A DNA stretch of 64,000 nucleotides, from contig PCAK01000010.1 in assembly GCA_002730525.1 (NCBI GenBank), forward strand, positions 43,132 to 107,131. Reading direction: 5' to 3'. A model generated the notes under the pieces. The model ran no database searches, was not told where the DNA came from, and saw only the letters and a list, made by a program, of their open reading frames with translations. Position 1 is the first letter of the stretch; each line of letters starts with the position of its first letter. Shown piece after piece: positions 1-11,913 of the stretch. This DNA is from Acidobacteriota bacterium. GTDB lineage: Bacteria > Acidobacteriota > Vicinamibacteria > Vicinamibacterales > UBA823. Position numbers and translations under genes: made by a program.

Positions 1-121
1 GGTGGACGCCGCGATCCGCGAGAAGAAGCAGCTCGACGATCAACTGAAGGCCGACCTGACTGCTGCTATCAAGGAGTTCGCGGCCGAGTTCGCGGCGAAC
101 CGGAAGACCGAGGCCGCCTGA
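1..121 (+). CDS. atpA: F1 ATP synthase alpha subunit, 3' end (partial)
   Basis: Frame from base 2 reads VDAAIREKKQLDDQLKADLTAAIKEFAAEF...* (TGA 119-121), a typical AtpA C-terminus; lies directly before atpG. Confidence 0.85.
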   Translation, partial: VDAAIREKKQLDDQLKADLTAAIKEFAAEFAANRKTEAA

Positions 122-124
122 TCG

Positions 125-2508
<2,384 letters not shown>

Positions 2509-2530
2509 CGGCGCCCGCAGACCGAAACCC

Positions 2531-2953
2531 ATGGCCCTGCCATCGCAGATCAATCTCGAGATCGTGACCCCCGACCGGGCGCTCGTGAGCCAGCCCGTCG
2601 ACGAGGTGCAGATTCCCGGCGAGGAGGGGTACTTCGGCGTGCTGCCCGGGCACACGCCACTCCTGGCCACGCTGGAAGTCGGCGAGCTCTGGTACCGGGT
2701 CGGCCAGGAGCGCTCGTTCCTCACCGTGGCGTTCGGGTTCGCCGAGGTGCTGCCGGACCGGGTGACGATTCTTGCCAAGGTCGCGGAAACCGCCGAGGGC
2801 ATCGACGTCGAACGCGCCCATTCGGCCCGGAAGCGCGCCGAAGAGCGGCTGACCAAGCGGGTCTCGGACCTCGACTTCGAGCGCGCCCGGCTCTCGCTCC
2901 TGCGGTCGCTCATCCGGCTGCAGGTCGCGTCGCGCGCTAGGATTCGCGGCTGA
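2531..2953 (+). CDS. atpC: F1 ATP synthase epsilon subunit
   Basis: LEIVTPDR...GYFGVLPGHTP...GFAEV; follows atpD. Confidence 0.96.
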   Translation: MALPSQINLEIVTPDRALVSQPVDEVQIPGEEGYFGVLPGHTPLLATLEVGELWYRVGQERSFLTVAFGFAEVLPDRVTILAKVAETAEGIDVERAHSARKRAEERLTKRVSDLDFERARLSLLRSLIRLQVASRARIRG

Positions 2954-3002
2954 TCTTCGGCTCAGGTTCGAAGTCGGCTATCATTTTGCCGCAGGCACCA
3001 AC

Positions 3003-3770
3003 ATGAGCGTTGCATGGGCTGTCGTCTCCGACACCGGTCTTCGCCGATCGTCCAACGAAGACAATCACTGCGCCCGGCCTGACCTCGGCCTGTTCCTGGT
3101 GGCCGATGGCATGGGCGGCCACGTCGCAGGCGAGGTGGCTTCCCGGATTGCGGTCGACACGATCGAGGAATTCGTCAACCAGACCAAGGCGGCTGGCCCC
3201 GACGACACCTGGCCCTTTCCCTTCGACACCGCGCTGGGCACCGACGCCAACCGGATGACGGTGGCGTTTCGCCTCGCCAATCGGACGATTGCCGCGAAGA
3301 TGGCCGCGGCCCAGGGCCTGCGTGGCATGGCGACGACCGCCTCGGCGGTCCTCGTACATGGCGAAGAGGCCGTGGTGGCGCACGTGGGCGACAGCCGGGT
3401 CTACCGGCTGCGGGGCGGCGAGCTGGAACGACTGACCGTCGACCACTCGTGGGTGGAAGAGCAGGTACGCGCCGGCGCCCTCACCCCGGAGGCCGCGCGG
3501 CAGCATCCGTGGCGCAACGTAGTCACGCGCGCCTTGTCGGGCGGCGAAGACCCGGTGGTCGATGTCGCGGAGTACCCGCTGAAACCCGGCGATCGTCTGC
3601 TGCTCTGCTCGGACGGGCTGTTCTCCGTGACCCCTGACGAGCAGACCGCCGAGATCCTGGGCAGGGACGCGCCGCTCGCCGATATCTGCCAGGCGCTGGT
3701 CGACGAGGCCAATGCGAAGGGCGGGCCCGACAACATCACGACGCTCGTGCTGCAAATCGATGTTCCATAA
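3003..3770 (+). CDS. Stp1/PrpC-type PP2C Ser/Thr protein phosphatase
   Basis: RSSNED, VADGMGGH, HVGDSR, LCSDGL and GGPDNIT motifs. Confidence 0.93.
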   Translation: MSVAWAVVSDTGLRRSSNEDNHCARPDLGLFLVADGMGGHVAGEVASRIAVDTIEEFVNQTKAAGPDDTWPFPFDTALGTDANRMTVAFRLANRTIAAKMAAAQGLRGMATTASAVLVHGEEAVVAHVGDSRVYRLRGGELERLTVDHSWVEEQVRAGALTPEAARQHPWRNVVTRALSGGEDPVVDVAEYPLKPGDRLLLCSDGLFSVTPDEQTAEILGRDAPLADICQALVDEANAKGGPDNITTLVLQIDVP

Positions 3771-4554
3771 CCTCGGCCGCCTGCTCCGCTACCGGGGCCT
3801 CATCCAGAGCCTGGTGGCCCGGGAGCTGAAGGCGCGCTACAGAGGATCGGTCCTCGGGTTCTTCTGGTCGTTCATCAATCCGCTCCTGCTCCTGTTGGTC
3901 TACTGGTTTGTCTTCAGCGTCGTCCTGCCGGGGATCCGCCCGATCGACGTCCAGCCCTACGCCCTTTTCATGTTCTGTGGGCTGTTGCCGTGGACGTGGT
4001 TCTCGTCGTCGGTGCTCGAGGCGTCGAACGCGCTGATCATGGGCGGGAACCTCATCAAGAAAGTGCTGTTTCCGGCCGAGGTGCTGCCGTTCGTCACCGT
4101 CTTCGCGAACATGATTCACTTCTTCCTTGGGCTGCCGATCATCGCGGTGGCGCTCGTTTACTTCGAAGTGCCGATCAACTGGCTGGACCTGCTCTGGCTG
4201 CCGGTCATCGTTCTGGTGCAGTTGCTCTTCACGCTCGGCCTGGCGCTGCTCGTCGCGCCGCTGACGGTGCACTTCCGCGATCTGAAGGACATTCTCGGCA
4301 ACCTGATGACCTTCTGGTTCTTCGCCACGCCGATCATCTACCCGATGTCGCTGGCACCGGCGGGCGGCAAGTGGCTGCTCGACCTGAACCCGTTCACGCA
4401 TCTGGCGATTTCCTATCAGGAAGTACTGTTCTACGACGGTCCGTTCGGCCACTGGAAGTGGCTGCTGGCGCTGGGCGGCGCGTCGATCGTGCTGTTTCTG
4501 GCGGGCTATTTCCTATTCGATCGGCTGCGCGACTCGTTCGCCGAAGAGGTATGA
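3760..4554 (+). CDS. ABC-2 polysaccharide export permease (Wzm-like)
   Basis: RELKARYRGSVLGFFWS, NLIKKVLFP, FFATPIIYP; ATG 3760 overlaps the phosphatase stop (ORF-track start 3712 is probably too long). Confidence 0.9.
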   Translation: MFHNLGRLLRYRGLIQSLVARELKARYRGSVLGFFWSFINPLLLLLVYWFVFSVVLPGIRPIDVQPYALFMFCGLLPWTWFSSSVLEASNALIMGGNLIKKVLFPAEVLPFVTVFANMIHFFLGLPIIAVALVYFEVPINWLDLLWLPVIVLVQLLFTLGLALLVAPLTVHFRDLKDILGNLMTFWFFATPIIYPMSLAPAGGKWLLDLNPFTHLAISYQEVLFYDGPFGHWKWLLALGGASIVLFLAGYFLFDRLRDSFAEEV

Positions 4555-4561
4555 CGGTCTA

Positions 4562-5866
4562 GTGACCAACTCGATCGAGGTCGACAGCGTCTCGAAGGTC
4601 TACCGCCGGTTCGCGCGCCGGCGGCAGTTCGCCACGCTGAAGAGCGCGCTCCTGTCGGGGAGCCTCATCTCGGACCTGCGCCCCGACGAAACCTTCTCCG
4701 CGCTGCAGGACGTGTCGCTGGCGGTCCCGCAAGGGCAGACGATCGGCGTCATCGGGCCGAACGGGTCGGGCAAGAGCACGCTGCTGAAGGTGGTCGCCGG
4801 GATCACGAAGCCGACGTCCGGCACGGTCCGCGTCAACGGCCGCATCTCGGCGCTCATCGAGCTGGGCGCGGGCTTTCACCCCGAGATCAGTGGCCGGGAG
4901 AACGTCTTCATCAACGGCATCATGCTGGGCCTGTCGAAGCGGGAGGTGGCCCAGAAGTTCGACGAGATCGTCGAGTTCGCCCAGCTGGAGGACTTCATCG
5001 ACGCGCCGGTCAAGACCTACTCCTCCGGGATGTACATGCGCCTTGGGTTCGCCGTGGCCATCAACGTCGACCCTGACGTCCTACTGATCGACGAAGTGCT
5101 GGCCGTCGGCGATCAGGGATTCACCCACAAGTGCCTCGACAAGTTCGCCGAGTTCCGTCGCCGTGGCAAGACGATCCTGCTGGTGACGCATTCCCTGGGG
5201 CTGGTCGAACGCTTCTGCGACGAGGCCGTCTGGCTCGATGGCGGCCAGGTGAAGGCCACGGGCGACCCGAAGCGGGTGGTCGATGCCTACCTGATCGACG
5301 TCGAGGAAGACGAGGAGCAGCACATCGCCAGCGGCGACGCCAAGGCCCGCGACGCGACGGAGGCCGCGGCCGACGAGATCGCCGACCCACCCGATATGTT
5401 TCAGGCGACCGAGGGTCGCTGGGGATCTCGCGAGATCGAGATCGTCGAGGTCACGTTCGAGGGCGAGGACGGTGAGGCCTCGCACGTGTTCCCGAGCGGC
5501 GCCCGGATGAGCATCCGGGTTCGGGTCAAGGCGGAGCAGCCGGTCGCGGACTTCGTCTTCGGCATCGGCCTGTTCAATGCCGAAGGCGTCTGCTGCTACG
5601 GCACGAACACGGACCTCGAAGAGTTGAAGTCGGATCGGATGGCCGGCGAGGGTGAGGTCGTCTTCACGATTGACACCCTGGACCTGGTCGCGGGCACGTA
5701 CAAGCTGGACGTGGCCGTCCATAAGCGCGATGGCTATCCCTACGACTACCACCGCTTGCTGTACACCTTCCGCGTCAAATCGCGAACGAACGACATCGGG
5801 ATCTTTCGACCGCGCCATCGCTGGACGTTCCCGACCAACATCCGCTTCACCGGACCGCTCGAGTAG
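4562..5866 (+). CDS. ABC polysaccharide export ATPase with C-terminal carbohydrate-binding domain (Wzt-like)
   Basis: GPNGSGKST, YSSGMYMRLGF, LIDEVLAVGD, followed by a Wzt_C-like beta domain. Confidence 0.92.
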   Translation: MTNSIEVDSVSKVYRRFARRRQFATLKSALLSGSLISDLRPDETFSALQDVSLAVPQGQTIGVIGPNGSGKSTLLKVVAGITKPTSGTVRVNGRISALIELGAGFHPEISGRENVFINGIMLGLSKREVAQKFDEIVEFAQLEDFIDAPVKTYSSGMYMRLGFAVAINVDPDVLLIDEVLAVGDQGFTHKCLDKFAEFRRRGKTILLVTHSLGLVERFCDEAVWLDGGQVKATGDPKRVVDAYLIDVEEDEEQHIASGDAKARDATEAAADEIADPPDMFQATEGRWGSREIEIVEVTFEGEDGEASHVFPSGARMSIRVRVKAEQPVADFVFGIGLFNAEGVCCYGTNTDLEELKSDRMAGEGEVVFTIDTLDLVAGTYKLDVAVHKRDGYPYDYHRLLYTFRVKSRTNDIGIFRPRHRWTFPTNIRFTGPLE

Positions 5867-5875
5867 CCGACCCAG

Positions 5876-6349
5876 ATGGCGCCCCTGAGCCACGACGAGG
5901 CTGCCGCCCTGGTCGCGCGGACGCGGGCCAAAGGCGGGCGCGTCGTGTTCACCAACGGCGTCTTCGATCTGCTGCACCCCGGACACGTCCGCTATCTGCA
6001 GGCCGCGGCGGCGGAGGGCGACTTGCTGATCCTGGGTCTCAACAGTGACCGGTCGGTACGCGCCAGCAAGGGCGAGGGGCGGCCGATCGTTCCGGCGGCC
6101 GAGCGGGCGGAGGTGCTGGAGGCGCTGGCCTGCGTCGACGCGGTCGTGATCTTCGACGAGGCGACGCCCGCGGAGATCGTCGCGCATCTGGAGCCCGACG
6201 TGCTCGTGAAGGGCGCCGACTGGCCCGTCGACGGCATCGTGGGCCGGGAGACGGTCGAGGCGCGCGGCGGCAAGGTGGTCCGCGTCACGATCGAACAGGG
6301 ATACTCGACGACGTCGATCGTCGACCGGATCCGCTCGCGAAAGCCCTGA
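5876..6349 (+). CDS. rfaE2: D-glycero-beta-D-manno-heptose 1-phosphate adenylyltransferase (stand-alone RfaE domain II / HldC)
   Basis: [33 protein letters not shown]. Confidence 0.9.
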   Translation: MAPLSHDEAAALVARTRAKGGRVVFTNGVFDLLHPGHVRYLQAAAAEGDLLILGLNSDRSVRASKGEGRPIVPAAERAEVLEALACVDAVVIFDEATPAEIVAHLEPDVLVKGADWPVDGIVGRETVEARGGKVVRVTIEQGYSTTSIVDRIRSRKP

Positions 6350-6383
6350 CGTCTTCTCTCTCGACAAGGAACTCAATGGTTCC

Positions 6384-6636
6384 GGCGGGTGGCGCCGGGT
6401 CGGGGGCCCCCCGCTGGCGCGGAGGTCAAGGCCGAGGTCTGGCGCGGGGCGAGGGCGCGCCGGGCTCAGACACCCTCGCACGCCGACGGCAGTTGCTACT
6501 CTGCACCTGGCGGAGGGGATACCGGCCGTCGACGCGCTGCGGAACTCGCCGGCGACCCTCATCCCCGGCGCCAGCCTCTAGGGCCGACAGCCGCAGGCTG
6601 AGCACCAGCGGGGGAAGCCCGGCGACAGGACCCGCC
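6384..6636. ncRNA. Unassigned ~253-nt rod-like structured element (candidate ncRNA or MITE-like)
   Basis: Nested complementary arms: GGCGGGT/ACCCGCC, CGCCGGG/CCCGGCG, CCCCCGCTGG/CCAGCGGGGG, CTGGCGC/GCGCCAG, GAGGG/CCCTC, CGACGGC/GCCGTCG, CTCTGC/GCGGAG. Confidence 0.45.
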
Positions 6637-6711
6637 TAGGCGGCCTGACCCTCGCTTTCGACGCAATCGAGGCCTGGCTAGGGTGCTACCATCAGAGGTT
6701 TCGACCAGACC

Positions 6712-9700
6712 GTGACGATCCCGACATCTACCTCGCTGTCCGTTCGCGCGCTGCTCAAGAGCGGACTCGACCGACTGGCCGGCGCGACCAGCGCCGCGGC
6801 GGTCGATGGGCTGACCGCCTCGGCCCGCGCGCTGTTCACGGCCGGCACCGCACGGCGCGACGCCGTCAGCCTCCTGATCGTGCCGACCGATGCCGAGGTC
6901 GACGTGATGACGGCCGACACACGCTTCTTCTTCGCGTCGCTCGAAGGCCTTTCAGCGACCGAAGCCGCGCGGGCCGTCCTGTCGTTTCCTTCGCTCGAGG
7001 TCGATCCGTACCGGGGACTGGCGCCGCACTTCGAGGTCGCCTCGGCGCGGGCCGGCACGCTCTGCGCGCTCGTGCGTGGCGACGCGCGGATCGTCGTCGC
7101 GTCAGTCGCGGCGCTGCTCCCGCGGATGAGCCCGCCCGCAGTGATGCGCGATGCGTCGGCCGTGCTACTGCCGGGCGCCGAGACCTCCCCGACGTTCCTG
7201 GGCGATCGGCTCCTCCGGGCAGGATTCGTGCGCCAGGATCCGGTCGACCTGCACGGCGAGTTCTGCGTTCGCGGCGGCGTCGTCGACTTCTTCCCCGCCG
7301 GCGAGGACCATCCGGTTCGGCTCGAGTTCATCGGCGACGCGGTCGAGTCGATTAGACGCTACGACGCGGCGACCCAGCGATCGGTCGGGGCGATCGATCA
7401 GACGGCGGTGACCCCGGTGCGAGAGCGCCTGGACGACGACGCCTCCAGTTTCCCGAGCCTCGCGTCGGTCTTCGACTACCTGCCGGCCAGCGGAGGCCGC
7501 CTGCTCACCTCCGAGCCCGACGAGGTCGACGGGCAACTCGTCACGGCGTCAGAGCGACTGGCCGTCGCCTTCGAGGACGCGACGGCTCGTGGCGAGAGTC
7601 CGCCTCCGCTCGATCGGATCGCGATTGACACCGACGAGGTCGCGCGCCAGATTGCCGGGGCCGTCCGCCTGAGCGGGCTCGACCTCGACACGGTTGACGC
7701 GGCCGGCGCGGTGCACGTGCCCTGTCAGCCCGCCGTCGAATTCCGTGGCCGGGTCACCGACTGGATGGACGATGTCCGGCGGGCGCGCGTCAGTGACGAG
7801 CTGGTGCTCTTCGTCGCCACGACCAGCGGGACTGCGCAGCGGACGGTCGAGCTGCTGGCGGAAGGTGGCCTCCCGTCGGCGGTGGCCGGCAGCGCCGAGC
7901 CACCGGCTCGAGCCGCCGCCGTGGTCGCCGTCGGCCAGCTGTCGCGGGGGTTCCGACTCCCCGAGGCCGGGCTTCAGGTCTACGCCGAAGCCGACGTCTT
8001 CGACGAGCCACGCCGGACACACGAGCGCCGGCGCCCCGTGGCGCAGGCCTTCCTGACCGACTTCCGCGATCTGAAGGTGGGTGACCACGTCGTGCACGTC
8101 GACCACGGCATCGGCGTGTTCGTCGGGCTCCGGCAACTCGAGGTGGGTGACGACGCGCAGGAGTTCATGGAGCTGCGCTACGCCGAGGACGCCAAGCTCT
8201 TCGTGCCGGTCGAGCATCTCGATCTGATTCAGAAGTACAGCGGTGGGAACCGTCCGACGCTCGACCGCCTGGGCGGGACCTCGTGGGAGCGCGCGAAGAC
8301 GCGGGTCAAGAAAGCGATGCGCGACATGGCCGAAGAGCTGCTGAAGCTCTACGCCGCGCGTAGGACGATCCCGGGCCACGCCTTTGGCGAGGATTCCCAC
8401 TGGCAGCGCGAATTCGAGGATGCATTCGAGTACGAGTTGACCCGCGATCAGCAGACGGCCGTCAACGACATCAAGGGCGACATGGAAACCCCGGTGCCGA
8501 TGGATCGCCTGCTCTGCGGCGACGTCGGCTACGGCAAGACGGAAGTGGCTCTACGCGCGGCCTTCAAGGCGGTCATGGAGGGGAAGCAGGTCGCGCTGCT
8601 GGCGCCGACGACGGTCTTGGCGTTTCAGCATGTGCGCACGCTCAAGGAGCGCTTCGCGGCGTTCCCGGTCACCATCGACCTGCTGAGCCGGTTTCGGTCC
8701 AGGGCCGATCAGAAGACCTTGCTGGCGGAGGTCGGCAAGGGGAAGGTCGACATCACGGTCGGCACCCACCGTCTACTGTCGAAGGACGTGGCGTTCCGTG
8801 ACCTCGGGCTGGTGGTCGTCGACGAGGAACAGCGGTTCGGCGTCGCGCACAAGGAACGACTCAAGCAGCTGCGGCAGCGGGTTGACGTCCTCACGCTGAC
8901 CGCCACACCGATCCCGCGCACCCTGAACATGTCGCTCGTCGGCATTCGCGATATGTCGGTGATTGAGACGCCGCCGAAGGACCGCCTGGCGATCCAGACC
9001 AGCGTGGTCCGCTTCGACCGCGCCGTGATTGCCCAGGCGATTCGTCACGAACTGTCGCGCGGGGGGCAGGTGTACTTCGTCCACAATCGGATCGAGTCGA
9101 TCGACTCGATCGCCGATCTCGTGACGCGCCTCGTGCCGGATGCCCGGGTGGCGGTCGCGCACGGCCAGCTGGCCGAGGACGCGCTGGAGCGCTGCATGGT
9201 CGGCTTCGTCGACCACCGCTTCGATGTGCTCGTCACGACGACGATCGTCGAGAATGGCCTGGACATTCCGAACGCCAACACGCTCATCATCAATCACGCC
9301 GATCACTTCGGTCTGGCGCAGCTCTACCAGCTGCGCGGCAGGATCGGCCGGTCCGACCGGCGCGCCTACGCCTACTTCCTGGTGCCACACGCGGACGCCC
9401 TGTCGTCGATCGCTCGGAAGCGGCTGGCGGCCATCCGGGAGTTCAGCGATCTGGGGAGCGGGTTCCGCGTGGCGGCGCTGGATCTGGAAATCCGCGGCGC
9501 CGGCAACCTGCTGGGCGGCGAGCAGAGCGGGCACATCGAGGCCATCGGGTTCGAGATGTACGTCAAGCTGCTCGAGGAGACGGTCAGCGGGTTGAAGGGT
9601 GAGGAGATCGCCGACGAGACACGGGCGGCCGTCAACCTGAAGGTCGACCTGCGGATCGACGAGCAGTATGTGCCCGACATGACGCAGCGCCTGTCGGTGT

Positions 9701-10188
9701 ACCGGCGCGTCGCCAGCGCACACAACGACGCCGATCTCGATCAGGTCCTGGCGGAACTGCGTGATCGGTACGGCCCGCCGCCGGCCTCAATCCTCAATCT
9801 GGCGGAGTACGGCCGGATAAGGATCCGAGCCGACGCGATGGGGGTCGAGTCGATCGACCGGGACCACGACGACGTCGTCGTGAAGTTCCGACCCGAGGCG
9901 ACGGTCGACCCGGCCCGTGTCCTCGACGTCGTCGGAGTTCGGCCGGACGTCACGCTCATCCCGCCGGGGTTGCTGAAGGTCGACCTTCGCGCAGCCACCG
10001 GAGATGACGGCAGCCGGGCGTCGGAGTCGTGGTGGACGTCGCGGGCCACGACGGGCCAGGTCACGCCGGGCTTCAGCCGGCGCGCGGTCAACCGTCGGGC
10101 GGCTGAGGACCCGCAGGCGCCGACCGGCGTGTTCGCGCGGCTCGGCGGGTTGCTGGCCGAGTTGAGCGCGCCAACGGATCTCGGCTAA
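6712..10188 (+). CDS. mfd: Transcription-repair coupling factor
   Basis: UvrB-like N-terminus, CarD/RID (VVHVDHGIG), GDVGYGKT, VDEEQRFG, TATPIPRT, QLRGRIGR, TRCF C-terminus. Confidence 0.97.
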   Translation: MTIPTSTSLSVRALLKSGLDRLAGATSAAAVDGLTASARALFTAGTARRDAVSLLIVPTDAEVDVMTADTRFFFASLEGLSATEAARAVLSFPSLEVDPYRGLAPHFEVASARAGTLCALVRGDARIVVASVAALLPRMSPPAVMRDASAVLLPGAETSPTFLGDRLLRAGFVRQDPVDLHGEFCVRGGVVDFFPAGEDHPVRLEFIGDAVESIRRYDAATQRSVGAIDQTAVTPVRERLDDDASSFPSLASVFDYLPASGGRLLTSEPDEVDGQLVTASERLAVAFEDATARGESPPPLDRIAIDTDEVARQIAGAVRLSGLDLDTVDAAGAVHVPCQPAVEFRGRVTDWMDDVRRARVSDELVLFVATTSGTAQRTVELLAEGGLPSAVAGSAEPPARAAAVVAVGQLSRGFRLPEAGLQVYAEADVFDEPRRTHERRRPVAQAFLTDFRDLKVGDHVVHVDHGIGVFVGLRQLEVGDDAQEFMELRYAEDAKLFVPVEHLDLIQKYSGGNRPTLDRLGGTSWERAKTRVKKAMRDMAEELLKLYAARRTIPGHAFGEDSHWQREFEDAFEYELTRDQQTAVNDIKGDMETPVPMDRLLCGDVGYGKTEVALRAAFKAVMEGKQVALLAPTTVLAFQHVRTLKERFAAFPVTIDLLSRFRSRADQKTLLAEVGKGKVDITVGTHRLLSKDVAFRDLGLVVVDEEQRFGVAHKERLKQLRQRVDVLTLTATPIPRTLNMSLVGIRDMSVIETPPKDRLAIQTSVVRFDRAVIAQAIRHELSRGGQVYFVHNRIESIDSIADLVTRLVPDARVAVAHGQLAEDALERCMVGFVDHRFDVLVTTTIVENGLDIPNANTLIINHADHFGLAQLYQLRGRIGRSDRRAYAYFLVPHADALSSIARKRLAAIREFSDLGSGFRVAALDLEIRGAGNLLGGEQSGHIEAIGFEMYVKLLEETVSGLKGEEIADETRAAVNLKVDLRIDEQYVPDMTQRLSVYRRVASAHNDADLDQVLAELRDRYGPPPASILNLAEYGRIRIRADAMGVESIDRDHDDVVVKFRPEATVDPARVLDVVGVRPDVTLIPPGLLKVDLRAATGDDGSRASESWWTSRATTGQVTPGFSRRAVNRRAAEDPQAPTGVFARLGGLLAELSAPTDLG

Positions 10189-10224
10189 GATGGATAGGTC
10201 TAACACATTGATTCTGGGGAGCTT

Positions 10225-11322
10225 GTGCGAATAGACCATCGGGCCGGCACGCTGGCGGCCGTCACCATAGCGCTGAGTGTTGCTGCGGCTGGCGCGGCCG
10301 CGGCGCAGAACATCATCCTGCAGGAGATCCTGGTCAAGGTGAATGGCGCGATCATTACGAAGACCGAGCTCGAAGAGCGCCAGGTCCAACTGCTCCGCGA
10401 GTACCGCCAGCAGGGCCTCATCAGCGAGACGACCGGCGATGCCGAGCTGGAAGCCTTCCTCAACGAGGCGACGCCGCAGATCGTCGTCGATGCGATCGAC
10501 GAGCTGCTGATCCTGCAGCACGGGCGCGACCTGGGCATCGAGATGGACGACGAACGGTTCGCCGGAATCGTCGACAACGTCAAGGAACAGAACAACATCG
10601 CGACCGACGAGGAGTTCAACGAGGTGCTGGCGGCCGAAGGCATGACGATGGAGGATCTCGAGCGGGCGATGGAGCGGCAGTTCATCATCTCCAGCGTCCA
10701 GCAGATCGAGGTGATCGGCAAGGTCGCCATGACCGACACTGAGGCCCGCGAGTACTACGACCGCAACACCGACGAGTATCGGACGCCGGGCCAGATCGCG
10801 CTGCGGGAGATCCTGGTCGCCGCGCCCGCCGACGCCGCGACCGGCGCCGACAACCGTCTGGTCAGCGCTGCGGCGGAAGCCGAGCTCGAGGCGCGGTTCC
10901 AGGCCGCCCTGGCGCGTGTCGCGGCCGGCGAGACCTTTGCCACCGTGGCGACTGAGGCCTCCGACGCGCCGTCCAGCGCCAACGGCGGACTGATAGGTCC
11001 ATTGAGTGAAGACGATCTGGCGCCCGCCGTCGCTGCGCTCCTCGAGGGGCTGGCCGCGGGCGAGATCAGCGAACCGGTGCGCACCGCGATCGGCTACCAG
11101 GTGTTTCTGCTGGAGTCCTCGACGCCGGCGACCCGCCAGCCATTCGACGAGGTGCGCGACGACATCGCCAACCGCGTCTTCAACGAACGCCGCCAGGACG
11201 AGTTCAACGAGTTCATGGGCCGGCTGCACGTCGAGGCGATCCTCGAGTGGAATAACGAGAACCTCCAGCAGGCGTACGAGAACCGGATGCAGGCGATCCA
11301 GGGGCCCACGGCCGGGTCCTGA
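10225..11322 (+). CDS. SurA/PrsA-like periplasmic peptidyl-prolyl isomerase/chaperone
   Basis: Signal peptide, SurA_N-like ILVKVNGAIIT, parvulin SDAPSSANGGLIG...ISEPVRTAIGY. Confidence 0.85.
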   Translation: MRIDHRAGTLAAVTIALSVAAAGAAAAQNIILQEILVKVNGAIITKTELEERQVQLLREYRQQGLISETTGDAELEAFLNEATPQIVVDAIDELLILQHGRDLGIEMDDERFAGIVDNVKEQNNIATDEEFNEVLAAEGMTMEDLERAMERQFIISSVQQIEVIGKVAMTDTEAREYYDRNTDEYRTPGQIALREILVAAPADAATGADNRLVSAAAEAELEARFQAALARVAAGETFATVATEASDAPSSANGGLIGPLSEDDLAPAVAALLEGLAAGEISEPVRTAIGYQVFLLESSTPATRQPFDEVRDDIANRVFNERRQDEFNEFMGRLHVEAILEWNNENLQQAYENRMQAIQGPTAGS

Positions 11323-11367
11323 GTCGTCCGAGACCTCGTCGGCATCCGCGCGACCGACCCAAGCTCA

Positions 11368-11913
11368 ATGAGTGATCCGTCCGCAGGAACCACCGACCCG
11401 ACGCTCGAGTCGACAACGCCTCTCGAGGCGGCCTGGTACGCCGTCTGGACCAGGTCGCGGCACGAGCAGGTCGTGCGCGAGCAGCTGGCGCAGAAGCAGA
11501 TCGAAGCGTTTCTGCCCACCGTGACCCGATGGAGTCGGTGGAAAGATCGTAAGAAGAAGGTCGACTGGCCGCTGTTTCCCGGGTACTGCTTCGCCAAGTT
11601 CGATGCCTCGACGCGACTCACGGTGCTGAAGTGCGCCGGGGTCGTGAGCATCGTGTCGTTCGACGGCACGCTCGCGCCGATTCCCAGCCAGGAGATCGAC
11701 GCGATCCGCCAGCTGGTCGAGAGTGAGCTGCAGTACGACCCGTGCCCCTTCATGCACGAAGGGATGGTGGTCGAGGTCGTGCATGGGCCGCTGGCGGGCG
11801 TCGTCGGCCGGCTGGTGCGAAAGGGCGCGCATGCCCGCCTGGTGCTCTCGGTCGACCTGATCGGGCAGGCCGTGAGCGTCGACGTCGAGGCCGCCGATGT
11901 CCGACCCTACTGA
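11368..11913 (+). CDS. NusG paralog, UpxY/RfaH-type transcription antiterminator
   Basis: WYAVWTRSRHE, PLFPGYCF NGN domain, KOW VEVVHGPLAGVVG. Confidence 0.88.
   Translation: MSDPSAGTTDPTLESTTPLEAAWYAVWTRSRHEQVVREQLAQKQIEAFLPTVTRWSRWKDRKKKVDWPLFPGYCFAKFDASTRLTVLKCAGVVSIVSFDGTLAPIPSQEIDAIRQLVESELQYDPCPFMHEGMVVEVVHGPLAGVVGRLVRKGAHARLVLSVDLIGQAVSVDVEAADVRPY

Noticed and set aside
6376-6639. 87-aa ORF with an AAGGA upstream
   Set aside because: Low-complexity translation with no motif; the region is better explained by the nested hairpin, though translation cannot be excluded.
6600-6640. GGGAAG...GACAGGACCCGCC resembling a cobalamin riboswitch 3' end
   Set aside because: No B12 box core or GCCACTG upstream, and mfd is not a B12-related gene.
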